Assembly: GCA_965248755.1 (NCBI GenBank)
Contig: OZ252149.1
Location: forward strand, 224,001 to 288,000
From: Candidatus Latescibacterota bacterium
GTDB lineage: Bacteria; Latescibacterota; CBDEFO01
Reading direction: 5' to 3'
Length of the DNA stretch: 64,000 nucleotides
A program made the position numbers and the translations under genes. The notes beneath the pieces were generated by a model that saw nothing but the letters and a program-made list of their open reading frames with translations, searched no databases and had not been told where the DNA came from. Every line of letters begins with the position of its first letter. Positions within the stretch are counted from its first letter, which is position 1. Below are positions 1 through 10,472 of the stretch, piece by piece.

Positions 1-290
1 TTGTCCCCTGGGGGTTGGGGGTAGGCGCGCGCGTCCACACCGGATAACCTGGAACTGACAGCGAAGGTCGACCACGTTGAACATGTCTGCCAGCTTGCTG
101 GAGGCACCCTGCACGCGGCCACCGGTAGGCTGACCCGGGTCACAACAACGATATCCCGTCCGACTACCAGATCACCGCTGATTTACAACACTCACGGATG
201 ATCCTGGGCCAGTCTGGGTACAGCACCGCAGACATCGATAAGATCTTCCACGGCAACTAATTGTGCTTCTTCCGCCAGTGGATGTCCGGG
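1..290 (+). pseudogene. Membrane dipeptidase (peptidase M19) C-terminal relic
   Basis: Manual translation gives KVDHVEHVCQLAGGTLHAATG and, after a frameshift, SGYSTADIDKIFHGN*LCFFR. These resemble the M19 C-terminal motifs DHIDHICQLAG and GYSxxDIxKIFHGNWLRFF, with a stop in place of W. Confidence 0.6.
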
Positions 291-980
291 AAGTCCTTGG
301 TCGAGTACCGGCCATTTGTGCAAAGAAGGCAAGGACATGATCGGGACTGTGCGGATCTAAGCTGTAGCGGGTCTGGCTGCTAGACTACTTGAGCATCCTT
401 TTCGAATGTATCTCGCTCGGGAAGGTCTTCGAGTGCAACATGAGTGAAAGAGCCCAGGAGGAGCTATTTCTACCCCACACCCAGGAAATATCGGATGGCG
501 AGGTGGTATATGTGTGGGGAGTGTTCGGTCTGGGATCCCGCAGCGGCTTCCAGTTGTTGACATGCGGTAACACCCAAGTCATTGGGCGGGCAGTCCTGAC
601 GTTCTAAATCATGAGGGACTCTGTATTACTATGGCGTCTCCTTCACCAAGAGAGCCCCAAGTACCTGGACTCCAGTGGAAGGTCGTGGTCGAAATTGCAA
701 TGGATACCCTTACTTCATGTCGACACTGAATACCTTTCGGTCTTTCCTCTGTCAGACCACAGCAGCTTTCAAAATATCCACCACTCCGACAGACTTCTCT
801 AGCGGAACAGCCGTTGACTTCTTGCTCTTTCCGTCATATATTGGAACTGAGCAGAGGAGTTGGAAATCTTCCTCATTTGGTGACTTTCTAGTCAGGATAA
901 CTTAGCTTCGGCTTACGACTGACGACGGTAAGATTGTAGTGACTAGAATAGAAGAAAATGTTACAATCAGATCCTACTTT

Positions 981-1025
981 CCCCCGAATGAACCCCCGAT
1001 TGATTCTATCGGGGGCGATCGGGGG
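981..1025. repeat. Nested short palindromic element (copy within copy)
   Basis: CCCCCGAATGAA [CCCCCGATTGATTCTATCGGGGG] CGATCGGGGG. Confidence 0.9.
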
Positions 1026-1098
1026 TCGCGGTAGAGGAGTCACCATACTGAATTAAGTCATAGGCTGGTCTGGAATTGACAGAGAAAGGAGATTGCGC

Positions 1099-2595
1099 AT
1101 GAGACGACGCCGAACGATCTACTTTAACGATGCGCGACATTACTATCTGTACGCCTTCGAGCCGCCCATGAAGTTGGAGGACGCCTGGAGACCGATAGAT
1201 GAGATCGCCGGCACCGCCGTTGACACGTTCATCTACGGCGTCTCAAGCGGCGGACTCTTCTACCCCTCTAAGATCGGACAACAATGGGGTGGAGATAAAA
1301 GTCCAGTCGCGTATTTTTGGCGTGCACGGAAGAATATGCAGAGCCTGATTGACAGGGGCCTCAACCCACTAACTGTACTCATCGACAGGGCGCATGAGGC
1401 AGGTTTGGACTTTTTTGCTAGCCTGCGGATGGGATCCTTCAGCGGAACTGATTCGAGCTATCAGATTGGTGTGCCCGGACCAATGGACGGCTGTCTGAAT
1501 CTAGCTCATCCAGAGGCGCGCGACCATCAGTTTGCAGTCCTTGAGGAGCTGGCCACAGAGTATTCTGTAGAGGGGATAGAGCTGGACTTCGGCTATCCCC
1601 CGTTCTTCCTCAAGCCCGACGAAGTGGAAAAGCAAACTCCATTGATGACAGAGTACGTCAGTAAGATCTCCCAGATGGTCCGGAATAGGCCGGGCGAGCC
1701 TGGGCAGGTCGGAGCTCGAGTATTCCCCACCGAAAAGATGTGCCTTGAGGCGGGATTGGACGTGCGCACGTGGTTTGAGGAGGGAATCGTTGACTTTGTC
1801 GTGCCGCTTTTGTACGGGTATTTCATGCTCGACCCTGACATGCCCATCGATTGGCTCATTCAATCGGCACATCAAAACGACAGCGCATCTGTCTACGCAG
1901 TGCTTCAACCCTACTCAGAATACGAGAGCGGACCATCTCACCGGAGAAAGTATGCTACACCTGAGATGATGCGTGCTGCTGCGGGAAACTTCTGGGATCG
2001 AGGCGTCGATGGTCTCTACACCTGGTTTTTGCGCTGGCCATTAGGAGATGCGGAACGCAGAATTCTCACGGAGATAGGCAATCCCGAACTATCAAAAGAA
2101 GGGGAAAAGCACTATGTTCTGCCGAGGCGTTGCGAAGATGCGGCAGGTGTTGGGCTTGTCTACGATGCGGCACTGCCCATCCAAATCCCGTCTGCTGACT
2201 CGAATGCACGCTACGAGATCCCCTTCTATGTATCAGATAATATACAAGGTTCTTCTGAGCGCGTACGTGAAGTGCGACTTAAGATCAACGTCAGTAATCT
2301 GGTGACGGCGGACAATCTTGCGATACTGCTGAACGGAAGGTCTCTGTCCCAAGAGACTTGCACGCGCACCTTCGGTGGAACACAGAAGATCGGAAATAGT
2401 AATGTTCCGTACAACGGTCAGTGGTTGGAATTCCGCCTGGAAGGGGAACGTCCACATAAGGGTGAGAACCTGTTAGAGGTGTCGCTGGAGAATAGACCCG
2501 ATGGGCTCACAGGAGGAGTGATAATTGAAGATGTGGAAATCGTCATCGAGTACGGTCCGTATACGTCCAGGTTGAACTACGGACCGTACTCGTAG
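1099..2595 (+). CDS. Putative glycoside hydrolase-like TIM-barrel protein (GHL10-like) with C-terminal beta-sandwich
   Basis: About 500-aa ORF with AAGGAG SD before ATG 1099; motifs AHEAGLDFFASLRM and GIELDF are typical of GHL10-like proteins. Confidence 0.7.
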   Translation: MRRRRTIYFNDARHYYLYAFEPPMKLEDAWRPIDEIAGTAVDTFIYGVSSGGLFYPSKIGQQWGGDKSPVAYFWRARKNMQSLIDRGLNPLTVLIDRAHEAGLDFFASLRMGSFSGTDSSYQIGVPGPMDGCLNLAHPEARDHQFAVLEELATEYSVEGIELDFGYPPFFLKPDEVEKQTPLMTEYVSKISQMVRNRPGEPGQVGARVFPTEKMCLEAGLDVRTWFEEGIVDFVVPLLYGYFMLDPDMPIDWLIQSAHQNDSASVYAVLQPYSEYESGPSHRRKYATPEMMRAAAGNFWDRGVDGLYTWFLRWPLGDAERRILTEIGNPELSKEGEKHYVLPRRCEDAAGVGLVYDAALPIQIPSADSNARYEIPFYVSDNIQGSSERVREVRLKINVSNLVTADNLAILLNGRSLSQETCTRTFGGTQKIGNSNVPYNGQWLEFRLEGERPHKGENLLEVSLENRPDGLTGGVIIEDVEIVIEYGPYTSRLNYGPYS

Positions 2596-2628
2596 CCCCC
2601 CGATTGAATCTATCGGGGGTATCGGGGG
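2596..2628. repeat. Short palindromic element plus extra right arm
   Basis: CCCCCCGATTGAATCTATCGGGGG followed by TATCGGGGG, directly after the stop codon. Confidence 0.9.
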
Positions 2629-2776
2629 TAGACCTGTTCGAAAGGTTCCCAGGTGCACTAACTAAATGCTTCTAATGACCCGTATTTATATCAGAAAGAA
2701 TAAGTTAGGATTCAAGCGATTAGGTTTAACCAACGATGATTAGTTTAAAATAACACATGACTAACTGAAATTAAAT

Positions 2777-2902
2777 GTGGGGGCCAGGTCATCCTGCTGT
2801 TGAGACCAGACACAGCACGCACCGTGTCCGTGTCTGTCTCCCTTGTGCAGGAGGCACGAAGTACCAGCAAACCACGTAGTAGCGAGGTTCCCTCGCCCCT
2901 AC
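2777..2902. repeat. GTAG-type REP/REPIN-like hairpin element
   Basis: GTAGTAGCGAGG-TTC-CCTCGCCCCTAC at 2876-2902 (minus strand starts GTAGGGGCGAGG); a degenerate partner GTGGGGGCCAGG at 2777; a central hairpin at 2802-2840. Confidence 0.45.
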
Positions 2903-2988
2903 TAATACATTACGTTGGGGCAACTTGTCATCTCTTGGAAAAACTTAAACCTCGCCTTTCCGAATCAGAGGTAGCTCTTAGTTTTTCC

Positions 2989-3017
2989 TTGACAGTATAA
3001 ATTATCCTGACTATATT
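2989..3017 (+). promoter_or_regulatory. Sigma70-type promoter
   Basis: TTGACA-17 nt-TATATT. Confidence 0.65.
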
Positions 3018-3027
3018 TTAAGCATTC

Positions 3028-3178
3028 TGGCAGAATACCGCCACAGGTGAGCGGCGGATGGATGCCATGTGGGGGAAAGAGGGACAGCTCCCGCGAGAGG
3101 GGGTTTGAAGCCCCGCCCAGGGGAGTGCCGGTGTCGAGCCGCGCCGGAGGCGTTAGGCTCTATGTGGCTTCTCTGCCA
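3028..3178 (+). ncRNA. Candidate structured RNA / 5' leader (unassigned family)
   Basis: Starts about 10 nt after the -10 box. Closing stem TGGCAGA/TCTGCCA, second stem GCCATGTGGG/TCTATGTGGC, and internal hairpins including GGGGTT-TGA-AGCCCC. Confidence 0.35.
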
Positions 3179-3286
3179 AATTATTATTACAAAGCTTGTT
3201 AATGGAAGGCGATTTAGTACCAGAAATTCCGCGAGTTTCATAATTTGCCGCCTGTGTCCGCATTCCATCTGGAACTGGAAGAGTTG

Positions 3287-4876
3287 ATGCACCGTTGTAG
3301 TCTTTCTACACATCTGCCAAACCTCTGGGTCGAACATCGACTTCGTAAGACAGGAAGCGGACGTCTTTGTCTTGGGCTTGCTATCTTAGTAGTGTGCTTT
3401 CTGTGTTATTCTGAGGCGGCTTACGGGCAGAAATTAAGCAAGGAGCCGAACAGTGATTCCGAGAACACCCGAAGCGGACAAGAACAGTATAAACTCGGAC
3501 GCTACTATGCCAAGAGTGGCGACTACGGGGCCGCAGAGACAGAATATAAGAAAGCCATCGTAATGGATCCAAAGAACATCCGTGCTCGCACCGGCCTCGG
3601 CTTAATTTATACCATACAAGCCAGGTATAGTGAGGCAGTAGAGGAATTTAGAGGTGCGCTCCAAATCGACCCTAACGATGTCCCCTCACTCTTTCATTTA
3701 GGTAAAATATCTTTCATACGAAAGGAATACGACAAGGCAAGGGATGCTTACGAACAGGTGGTTAAGCTCTCTCCAAGGTACTTGCCGGCACATCATGGCC
3801 TCGGCATTATCTACTCTCTGAATCAGGAGAAGCATAAAGCGGAACAGAGCTTTAAGAGGGCCATCAGTCTGAATCCCAATTACGGACCTTCTCGCTACAG
3901 CCTTGGGAGAATTTTCCTTGAAAGGCAAGAATACTCCAAAGCTGTAGAGACATTGCAACTTGCCTCAACATTACTACCCAATGACCCGTCTACCTATTAC
4001 GCTCTGGGGCATGCTCTCAGAGCCGTAGGTAGATTTCCCGAGGCTGTAGAGGCGTTCAAAAGGATTTTAAAGCATGATCCCAACCGCGCAGATGTGCACG
4101 ATAAATTGGGTCTGCTTTACATCGAACTGTCCGTTGCCCCTTTGGGTGCTGTATTTGCGGAGCAAGACGTACTATCTGAGGCTATCGGGGAACATCGTCG
4201 AGCTGTGGAACTCGCTCCTTCCAACAGGTGGTTCCACCACAACCTCGGCATGGCCTATGAACGGCAGCGGAAGTACGATGAGGCGGCCCAGCAGTACGAA
4301 AAAACGATCGAAATAGATCCTAATATAGCTCGTACGCACTTTCGGCTCGGGTTGATATATTCAAGACGTAAGATGTACGCTGAAGCTATCGAAGAATTTA
4401 AAAAGGCCATCAGTCTTGAATCTGACGATGGAGAATTTCATCACAATTTAGGCGCAATGTATGCCAAGCTCGGAAGACATGGAGAAGCCATACAAGAATA
4501 CAGGAAAGCTATTGAAGTCGAGCCCCATAACGCAGAAGCTCATTTCAGCCTGGGGAACGCCTATATCAGAGAGGGTAAATCTGAAGAAGGAAAAATGGAG
4601 TTGGAGATATTCAGGAAGCTGCGCGAACATAATGTAGACGATCTGGAACGTAGGGTAAGTATGGTCCCGAGTAACCCTGAATTTCACTGCGATTTGGGGA
4701 TAGCCTATTCAAATCAGGGCAGACACATAAAGGCTGTCAATGCGTACAAATACGCCATTGCTCTTGATCCCTATAACCCTGAGTTTCACTCTCGTCTTAG
4801 AGATGCTTATATAAAACTGGGCAGACAGCAAGACGCACAGAAGGAACTGGAGATCCTCCAGAGCCTGAAAAAGTAG
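3287..4876 (+). CDS. Tetratricopeptide repeat protein, N-terminal signal/TM segment
   Basis: Many 34-aa TPR units and a hydrophobic N-terminal segment. Start uncertain; the ORF is open from 3245. Confidence 0.85.
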   Translation: MHRCSLSTHLPNLWVEHRLRKTGSGRLCLGLAILVVCFLCYSEAAYGQKLSKEPNSDSENTRSGQEQYKLGRYYAKSGDYGAAETEYKKAIVMDPKNIRARTGLGLIYTIQARYSEAVEEFRGALQIDPNDVPSLFHLGKISFIRKEYDKARDAYEQVVKLSPRYLPAHHGLGIIYSLNQEKHKAEQSFKRAISLNPNYGPSRYSLGRIFLERQEYSKAVETLQLASTLLPNDPSTYYALGHALRAVGRFPEAVEAFKRILKHDPNRADVHDKLGLLYIELSVAPLGAVFAEQDVLSEAIGEHRRAVELAPSNRWFHHNLGMAYERQRKYDEAAQQYEKTIEIDPNIARTHFRLGLIYSRRKMYAEAIEEFKKAISLESDDGEFHHNLGAMYAKLGRHGEAIQEYRKAIEVEPHNAEAHFSLGNAYIREGKSEEGKMELEIFRKLREHNVDDLERRVSMVPSNPEFHCDLGIAYSNQGRHIKAVNAYKYAIALDPYNPEFHSRLRDAYIKLGRQQDAQKELEILQSLKK

Positions 4877-4882
4877 GAACAA

Positions 4883-6700
4883 ATGCGTATTCTCTTCTAC
4901 ATATCGTTCCTTGTTCTTGTGGGGTTATCGTCCTTCGGATGTCAGGGAAGTGACGAGTCTTCTAAGAAAAGTTCGGACAACAGTTTTCCGGAGGATAGTC
5001 AATTCGAGGTGTCAGAGGGCAGCAGTGGATCTTCAAAAACTATCAGCACTGCCAAAAGTCCCCCAGGGGACGGTCGCGTTATGTTCGTCGATGTATCATC
5101 GGATCTGGGGGTCGTTTTGAAAAACGTCTCCGGGGACAGTGAGCAATCCTACGTAGTCGATGCTATGATGGGAGGATCGGCGCTTTTCGATTATGACAAC
5201 GATGGCGATTTAGATCTGTACGTTTTGAATGGATCAAGAGTGGTGGGGTTTCCAGATGGCGATCATCCTCGAAATGCCCTTTACAGGAACGACGGAAACA
5301 CGTTCATCGATGTGACCGAAAAATCAGGAACGGGTGATGAGGGTTGGGGCATGGGTTGCGTAACCGGAGATTACAACAACGATGGAGACCTGGACATCTA
5401 TGTGACTAATTATGGGAAAAACGTTCTGTACAGCAACCAGGGTGATGGAACTTTCAAAGATGTAACAGAACGCGCCAAGGTGGGAGATGAAGGGCTTAGC
5501 ACAGGCTGCGCGTTCTTCGATTATGATGGTGATGGAGATCTGGACCTGTACGTCGCAAACTACATCGATTTTAATCACTTTTTAGAGACCACTCCCGATA
5601 GATCTTACAGGTGGAAAGGACTAAAGGTCCACTTCGGACCTCGAGGGATAAATGGAGATGGGGATATATTGTATCGCAATGAGGGAGATGGGACTTTTTC
5701 GGACGTGACTGAGGAGGCTAAAGTTGTGGGTGAAAAGATGCTCTACGGTCTCGGAGTGATCTGTGGGGATTATGACAACGACGGCGACCAGGACATCTAT
5801 GTGGCGAACGACACTGGCCCTAACTTCCTCTATCAAAACAACGGCGACGGGACCTTTACAGATGTAGGCTGGATGATAGGTGCCGCCTACAGCGCATACG
5901 GCGAGGCACAGGGATGCATGGGAATTGCCTTTGGAGATTACGATAACGACGGTTATCAGGATATATTTGTCACTAACTTTTGGGAACAGACCAATACTCT
6001 CTATCATAACGATAAAGGAGCATTCTTTTCAGATGTCAGCTTTGATGGCGGAGTAGCAATTGAGAGCTTCGAATTTTTGGCCTGGGGCACAGGGTTTTTC
6101 GACTACGACAACGATGGGGATAAAGACCTTTTTGTCGCTAATGGGCACATCTTTCCGCAGCTGGATAGGGCGAACTTGGGCACCAGCTATGCCCAGACCA
6201 ATCAACTCTTTGAGAATTTGGGAGATGGCACATTCGAAGATGTTTCCGAAAATTCGGGAGCGGGGCTGCAAATCAAGAAGGTAAGCAGAGGCGCATCCTT
6301 TGGAGATTACGACAACGACGGAGATATAGACATATTCGTCCTGGATCTGAACGATACTCCTACTTTTCTGCGCAATGAAGGCGGCAACAGAAACAACTGG
6401 TTGATGGTCAAGACTGTGGGAGTCCAAAGCAACAGGGACGGTATAGGAGCAAGGATAAAGGTCAGCTGTGGTGAACTGACTCAGATAAATGAGGTCAGAA
6501 GCGGTTCTAGCTATCTATCACAGAACGATCTTAGAGTTCACTTCGGGCTGGGGAAGAGCAATACTGTAGACCTGTTAGAAGTAATCTGGCCAAGCGGCCT
6601 TGTTGAAAGGTTCGAAAACCTTTCTGTCAACCAACTTGTGGTAGTCCAGGAGGGAAGTGGCATAATTAAGGGAAGTACGTTTTCTGCTATTTCCCGGTGA
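4883..6700 (+). CDS. CRTAC1 family (FG-GAP/VCBS repeats + ASPIC/UnbV) lipoprotein
   Basis: Repeated GDYDNDGDLDxYV and LYRNxGDGTFxDV motifs; C-terminal SNRDGIGARI...HFGLG...WPSG; lipobox-like SFGC. Confidence 0.9.
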   Translation: MRILFYISFLVLVGLSSFGCQGSDESSKKSSDNSFPEDSQFEVSEGSSGSSKTISTAKSPPGDGRVMFVDVSSDLGVVLKNVSGDSEQSYVVDAMMGGSALFDYDNDGDLDLYVLNGSRVVGFPDGDHPRNALYRNDGNTFIDVTEKSGTGDEGWGMGCVTGDYNNDGDLDIYVTNYGKNVLYSNQGDGTFKDVTERAKVGDEGLSTGCAFFDYDGDGDLDLYVANYIDFNHFLETTPDRSYRWKGLKVHFGPRGINGDGDILYRNEGDGTFSDVTEEAKVVGEKMLYGLGVICGDYDNDGDQDIYVANDTGPNFLYQNNGDGTFTDVGWMIGAAYSAYGEAQGCMGIAFGDYDNDGYQDIFVTNFWEQTNTLYHNDKGAFFSDVSFDGGVAIESFEFLAWGTGFFDYDNDGDKDLFVANGHIFPQLDRANLGTSYAQTNQLFENLGDGTFEDVSENSGAGLQIKKVSRGASFGDYDNDGDIDIFVLDLNDTPTFLRNEGGNRNNWLMVKTVGVQSNRDGIGARIKVSCGELTQINEVRSGSSYLSQNDLRVHFGLGKSNTVDLLEVIWPSGLVERFENLSVNQLVVVQEGSGIIKGSTFSAISR

Positions 6701-6724
6701 ACTGATGAAATTTAAGGAGTATAA

Positions 6725-9028
6725 ATGAGTAGGCCCTTTTTAACGCTGTTGACGGCATTTCTTTTTCTTTGCAGCTCGTGCGATAGGGATAGAGATGCAT
6801 CAGTAAGATCCCAAAGGGAAGACGTTCAAGATCGCTACTGGATGGGTATCAGTTACTATAAGCACGGCCAACTTGACAAGGCCGCGCGGGAATATGAAGC
6901 GTGTCTGAAAGGAGATCCCAATTACTATGAAGCCCTTGTTGAACTGGGAAGGGTGCACATCGACCAGTATAAGTTCGATTTGAGCGTCCGTGAACTCAAT
7001 CAGGCCATAGAAATCGATCCTGACCGAGTCGAGGCGCACCTCCTATTAGGCGAGGCACTTGCGCACCAGAAAAAGTTTTACCAATCGTACCTGGAATTTC
7101 AGCGGGCGGTTGAGATAGAACCAGGACACATAGAAAGCCGTGTGTCGCTTGGAGAGGCTCTGATGAATCCTGCTACTCCAACGATGAACCTCCAGGAATC
7201 CAAGAGACAGTTCCAAAAGGCACTGGAACTCAATCCGGGTTCTAGGCGCATCAGGTTCTTTCTGGCAGTGGCAGAATTGAACTTAGGGGAGTTTGAGGAG
7301 GCTGCCAAAGAGTTTAAAGCTCTCACTCAAGAGTATGCCAGGTATTTGGATTACCATTATCTCTTGGGCGTGACCCATCTTCGGGCTGGGGAGTATGAAG
7401 ATGCTATCTCGTCGCTGAAGCGTGTAGTTGATATAGAACCCCTCCATATGGAGGCGAAGTGGAATTTAAGACTGGCCTACGCCCAACAAGGAGGGTACCC
7501 CAACGACTTACACCAGAAATACAAAATAGAGCTCTCCAGACAGGGAATTGTTGAGTCACCCATTAAATTTACCGATATAGCTCCCGAAAGTGGGACTATG
7601 AAGGTGGATAGAGGGCGCGGCAGCGCCTGGGGCGATTATGACAACGACGGAGATCTGGACATCTTTGCCGTAGGAAATTACGATGGTCTTGCCCTCTACC
7701 GCAATAATGGCGACGGCACCTTCGATGACGTAACCCAACAGACTGGGGTTGATGACCCCAACGGCGGCTGGGCTGCGCTCTTTGCAGACTACGACAACGA
7801 CGGAGATCTGGACATTTACGTAACTAAAGACGGTTGGAATGGCAACGGTCGAAACACCCTCTATCGTAATAATGGGGATGGTAGATTTGATGATGTTACC
7901 GAGCAGGCTGGCGTCGGAGATACCCGATCGAGCTTTTGCGCCGCTTTTGGCGACTACGATAACGATGGATTCCTGGACATCTACATCGCCAACGGTATAG
8001 TGGGAGACGGATCCCCCAATGCCCTCTATCGGAACAACGGCGATGGCACCTTCAGGGATGTTTCTGCTCAAGCGGGTGTAAATCATAAGGGTAAGGCAAT
8101 CGGGACAGCCTTCGGGGACTACGACAACGATGGGGATTTAGATATATATGTGGTCAACTCTGGTCAGGAAGATGTTCTCTATCGCAATAACGGGGACGGA
8201 ACCTATCGGGATGTGACCGAACAGGCTGGGGTGGCGGGGTGGTCCAGAGAGGGATTTATCACATTCTTTTTAGATTATAACAACGATGGCTATCTGGACA
8301 TTTTCGTTTCCACGATGGCGACGTACCCAGATGTGATAGAGAGTCATGTGTTTGGGAAAGCCCCGAATGACGACTGCAAGCCACTCCTTTTTCGCAATAA
8401 CCAGGATGGCACCTTCTCCTACGCGACAGATGAGGCTAAGCTGCACAAGTGCTTCGGCACCATGGGGGGCAATTTCGGGGACGTGGACAACGACGGCTAT
8501 TTGGATATATACCTTGGTAACGGTGGACCGCAGATGTGGCGTTTGGAGCCGAGCGCGCTCCTTTACAACAACGGCGATGGCACATTTTCCGACATCACAG
8601 AATCAGCAGGAGTAGGACACATAGGTAAGACTCACGGAGTCATCTTCGCAGACTACGACAACGATGGAGATCAAGATATTTATGCCGCCGTTGGGGGAGC
8701 CTTAGAGGGAGATAGATGGGCAAATAAGCTCTACCGCAACGAAGGAAATGGCAATAACTGGCTCACGGTTAAATTAGTCGGAACAAAGAGCAACCGGGAT
8801 GGCATTGGAGCCAAGGTAACAGTCACTACGGGGCAGTTCTTGCGCTATGCTGAGGTGAGCGGGGGATGCGGATTTGGATCTACGAACAGTCTTCCCTTAG
8901 AATTTGGATTGGGATCTTATGAAAGTGCTGATCTGTTGGAGATCAAATGGCCCAGCGGCATAGTCCAGAGCTTGCAGGACGTCCCTGCGAATCAGATCAT
9001 CACAGTTGTGGAAGAGCCTGGACCTTAA
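6725..9028 (+). CDS. TPR + FG-GAP/CRTAC1 (ASPIC/UnbV) protein
   Basis: N-terminal TPRs, then DYDNDGD repeats and an UnbV C-terminus; AAGGAG SD. Confidence 0.9.
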   Translation: MSRPFLTLLTAFLFLCSSCDRDRDASVRSQREDVQDRYWMGISYYKHGQLDKAAREYEACLKGDPNYYEALVELGRVHIDQYKFDLSVRELNQAIEIDPDRVEAHLLLGEALAHQKKFYQSYLEFQRAVEIEPGHIESRVSLGEALMNPATPTMNLQESKRQFQKALELNPGSRRIRFFLAVAELNLGEFEEAAKEFKALTQEYARYLDYHYLLGVTHLRAGEYEDAISSLKRVVDIEPLHMEAKWNLRLAYAQQGGYPNDLHQKYKIELSRQGIVESPIKFTDIAPESGTMKVDRGRGSAWGDYDNDGDLDIFAVGNYDGLALYRNNGDGTFDDVTQQTGVDDPNGGWAALFADYDNDGDLDIYVTKDGWNGNGRNTLYRNNGDGRFDDVTEQAGVGDTRSSFCAAFGDYDNDGFLDIYIANGIVGDGSPNALYRNNGDGTFRDVSAQAGVNHKGKAIGTAFGDYDNDGDLDIYVVNSGQEDVLYRNNGDGTYRDVTEQAGVAGWSREGFITFFLDYNNDGYLDIFVSTMATYPDVIESHVFGKAPNDDCKPLLFRNNQDGTFSYATDEAKLHKCFGTMGGNFGDVDNDGYLDIYLGNGGPQMWRLEPSALLYNNGDGTFSDITESAGVGHIGKTHGVIFADYDNDGDQDIYAAVGGALEGDRWANKLYRNEGNGNNWLTVKLVGTKSNRDGIGAKVTVTTGQFLRYAEVSGGCGFGSTNSLPLEFGLGSYESADLLEIKWPSGIVQSLQDVPANQIITVVEEPGP

Positions 9029-9194
9029 GCACCTTGATATTTTATGAAAGGCGATTGGAAAATCGACTGTTCGTAGCAGTCTAAAGCGCGATATTTTTGA
9101 GTATCGGGTCCAAATAATATGGACAAGAATAATAGAGATCCAATATAGTATACAGCTATACAGCCAGCGGTAGTCTCACTCAGATTGCTTCACT

Positions 9195-9236
9195 CCCCCC
9201 AGATTGACACACGATAGAAGCCATCGGGGACAAGGG
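9195..9236. repeat. Degenerate nested short palindromic element
   Basis: CCCCCCAGATTGA [CACACGATAGAAGCCATCGGGG] ACAAGGG; the inner copy resembles CCCCGATAGAAGCAATCGGGG at 15932. Confidence 0.65.
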
Positions 9237-9506
9237 AAGAGTGACTTGACCTTTGTTCGCCGTTACATCGGTCACGACGGATAGTAGACCGGTCGGGTTT
9301 AACTGGGCTAAGGCTCAGTTTTGGAATATCTCCGTTGACTTTTAACATAGTACAAAACTGACCAGCCTGGTGTCCAGAGATAAATTCTGGACATTCAATT
9401 GCTTCTGGCATATCGTAATGTGATTGTTGTATAGTTTGTACAAAGGGCATTATTCACGACTCGCTGCAAGATCAAAATCGTAAGGTCGGAGCTGAAGTTC
9501 ATCACA

Positions 9507-10472
9507 ATGTCAAAAAGGAGGAATACCATTACAGGAACACGATGGGTTTTTCATCTCATAGCTCTGCTGAGTGTCCTCTTGCTGCCACTGGAGACAGGCT
9601 TTGGTCAAGACAATAGCACAAATACAACAAAATCCAGTCTATCAAAGTCGAAAATCGCTTTTGTCTCATACCGCCAGAGCAATGATTTTTTTACTTCGAA
9701 AAGCTCCGAAATTTACGTGATGAACGTTGACGGTACAAACCCAATAAGACTGACCTACAACACGGCGAAGGACTACCTGCCTTCTTGGTCGCCGGACGGG
9801 ACAAAGATCGCATTTGTGTCATATCGCGATGGCAACGGGGAGATCTACGTGATGAACCCTGACGGGACAAACGAAATAAGGCTGACCCACAACTCCGAGT
9901 ATGACACCGCGCCTTCCTGGTCGCCAGATGGGACAAAGATCGCCTTTCGGTCACACCGCGATGGCAACTATGAGATCTATGTGATGAACGCTGACGGTAC
10001 AGACCCGATAAGGCTGACTGACAACCCGGCGCGCGACGGTTTTCCTTCTTGGTCTCCGGATGGAACGAAGATTATCTTTATGTCAGATTCCGATGGCGAC
10101 TATGAAATCTATGTGACGAATGCTGACGGCACAGACCCGATAAGGGTGACCGACAACACGGCGGATGATTTTAGACCTTCCTGGTCTCCGGATGGGCAGA
10201 AGATCCTCTTTTGGTCACACCGCGATGGCAACTATGAAATCTACGTGATGGATAGTGACGGGACAAACCAGACACGGCTGACCGATAACAGGGCGGTAGA
10301 CGACTCGCCCTCTTGGTCTCCGGATGGGACGAAGATCGTCTTTCAGTCAAATCGCGATGGCAATGCGGAAATCTACGTGATGGGCGCAGACGGGACAAAC
10401 CAGACACGGCTGACCGACAACCCGGCGTATGATTGGGGGCCTTCTTGGTCGCCCGCACCGTCCTCCGATTGA
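9507..10472 (+). CDS. TolB-like beta-propeller protein (PD40 repeats)
   Basis: About six 44-aa repeats PSWSPDGTKIAF.S.RDGN.EIYVMN.DGT; signal peptide. Confidence 0.9.
   Translation: MSKRRNTITGTRWVFHLIALLSVLLLPLETGFGQDNSTNTTKSSLSKSKIAFVSYRQSNDFFTSKSSEIYVMNVDGTNPIRLTYNTAKDYLPSWSPDGTKIAFVSYRDGNGEIYVMNPDGTNEIRLTHNSEYDTAPSWSPDGTKIAFRSHRDGNYEIYVMNADGTDPIRLTDNPARDGFPSWSPDGTKIIFMSDSDGDYEIYVTNADGTDPIRVTDNTADDFRPSWSPDGQKILFWSHRDGNYEIYVMDSDGTNQTRLTDNRAVDDSPSWSPDGTKIVFQSNRDGNAEIYVMGADGTNQTRLTDNPAYDWGPSWSPAPSSD

Noticed and set aside
357..905. Short ORFs upstream of the first gene (also 9190-9450, 22622-23016, 45428-45747)
   Set aside because: No family motifs or clear SD; probably spurious or too degraded to call.
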